NCBI GenBank assembly: GCA_900088475.1
Contig: FLMG01000742.1
Span: 1-64,000 of the forward strand
Direction: 5' to 3'
DNA length: 64,000 bases
DNA from: Hyphochytrium catenoides
Taxonomy: Eukaryota; Protista; Hyphochytriomycota
In this document: piece after piece, positions 62,698 to 64,000 of the stretch
Position numbering within the stretch: the stretch's first letter is position 1
Layout: each line of letters begins with the position of its first letter
Program-made: the position numbers and the translations under genes
Notes under the pieces: model-generated
The model's input: only the letters and a program-made list of their open reading frames with translations
What the model was told of the DNA's origin: nothing
The model's database searches: none

Positions 62698-64000
62698 AGG
62701 ATATTTACTTGTCAGTCTGACTGGGCGCTAGAACAGACGAGATGGTTTACACCAGAGAGAAGTGATCCTGTCCGTCCGCTCGTCTCAGACTCAAAAAATG
62801 AGCTCTTCTCTCAGACCAGTCCACACTTACCTCTCTCTTTTCTGTGTCCTTTCTTCCTCTAGACACTTTCCCTTATCGTTTTCTCTATCTCCTCCTTGCG
62901 GTGCCCGTTCTTTCCTTCTCTCTTTCTTCCTCTCGCCTAGAAGCCCTAACTTGTGTTCCCTTCCTGCCTGTACCTATACCCCATCCCTCTTCCTCTCTAG
63001 CTCTCCTCTCTTTTGCTCTCTCTTCCCCTCCTTCCTCATTGCTTCTTTTCCGTTTCTTCTCACCTTCTTCTTCCTTCTCTCTCCCTCTTCTCTTCCCTCT
63101 CTCCCTTATGATTTCTCCTCTCTCTCTTATTCTTTCTCTCTTCTCTCTCGTTCTCATCTCATCGCGTTTCTCGTCTCTTTGTATCTGTAGCTGGGTCCTT
63201 CTTACCTCGAACATCTGGAAGAAAGACAACGGCAGACCATGGGAACGGCGCAAGAGGATCTCAAGAATGAAGCATAAAAATGCATCAAAAGCTTAGAAGA
63301 CTCTCGCCTTTCGAGAGAGGACAGAGCTGAGAGAAGAAACAAGGCTTACAAGGAGAAGAAGAGCCAGCTCCCGATCTTCGCTGTACAATTCTNNNNNNNN
63401 NNNNNNNNNNNNNNATTCTCTTCCTCTCCTCTCCGAGGGAGTCAAGTCCCTCTCCACCTCTCTCTCGTTCCCTCTCTCTTCTTTGCTCTGTCTCTGTCGC
63501 GCTCTGTCTCTCTACCTCTCTCCCCCCTTTCCCCCCATTTCAACAAATGAAGCTATTCACTTGGGACGATGTTCTCTTCTCTCTTCCTGTGGCCCCTTCT
63601 TTTTTCTTCCCATATTATCGCTCCTCTTTATCCCGACTCAATTGTTCCTTCTTCGTTCCCCTCCCCTGGACTCTCTACACCACCTTCTACTACTGGGCAG
63701 GCGCATTTTCCTTGGCTTGGAGAGGAAGTATAGATGGGAGAGAGAGGGAAGGGGAAGAAAAGAGGGAGAGAAAGGGAAGGAGAGAGAGAGAGGTAGAGAG
63801 AGAGTAAGGGACTCTAGAGGGACTACATGCCGGGAGGAAAGCTTCAATAGAGCCGTCTTGGACAACTGTCTCTTTCGAACCGTGAGCTGTCGAGGACGAC
63901 CTTCTTGATTCAGCATCCTCTTGTCGATTACTCTTGATTGCCCATCCTCTATTGTCTTTCTGTTTCAGTTCTCACTCTGCCGTATCTCTCTCGCATTCAG

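Noticed and set aside
56733-63392. Alternative genetic code or stop readthrough to explain in-frame stops
   Set aside because: Dynein and guanine deaminase exons have no in-frame stops, and the broken frames also carry frameshifts, which points to decay.

Overview
Eukaryotic, intron-rich genomic DNA (~50% GC, standard code, mostly GT-AG introns of ~70-400 bp, many (CT)n/(GA)n microsatellites, seven N gaps). It comes from a flagellated protist, most likely a stramenopile; this is inferred from the outer-arm dynein, WRKY19-like zinc fingers, PT/PS repeats and an oomycete-like membrane protein family. From left to right: a 5'-truncated multi-exon gene for a large helical protein I cannot identify (+, to 7981); an intronless Pro-rich mucin-like type I membrane protein (-); a 4-exon polytopic membrane protein built from two homologous halves (-); guanine deaminase (+); and an ~80-exon outer-arm beta-type axonemal dynein heavy chain (-, 24328-48073). 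The last ~15 kb is a distinct compartment of decayed ORFs and repeats. It holds an intact intronless secreted 6-Cys mini-protein (killer-toxin/beta-gamma-crystallin-like, possible horizontal transfer), a frameshifted PT-stalk + 3x LamG-like pseudogene, a ~110-bp-arm inverted repeat, and an intact triple zinc-finger/leucine-zipper ORF directly behind a 13-bp tandem array. No tRNA, rRNA, CRISPR array or intact transposase was recognised. All family calls are from reading motifs by eye, with no database search.
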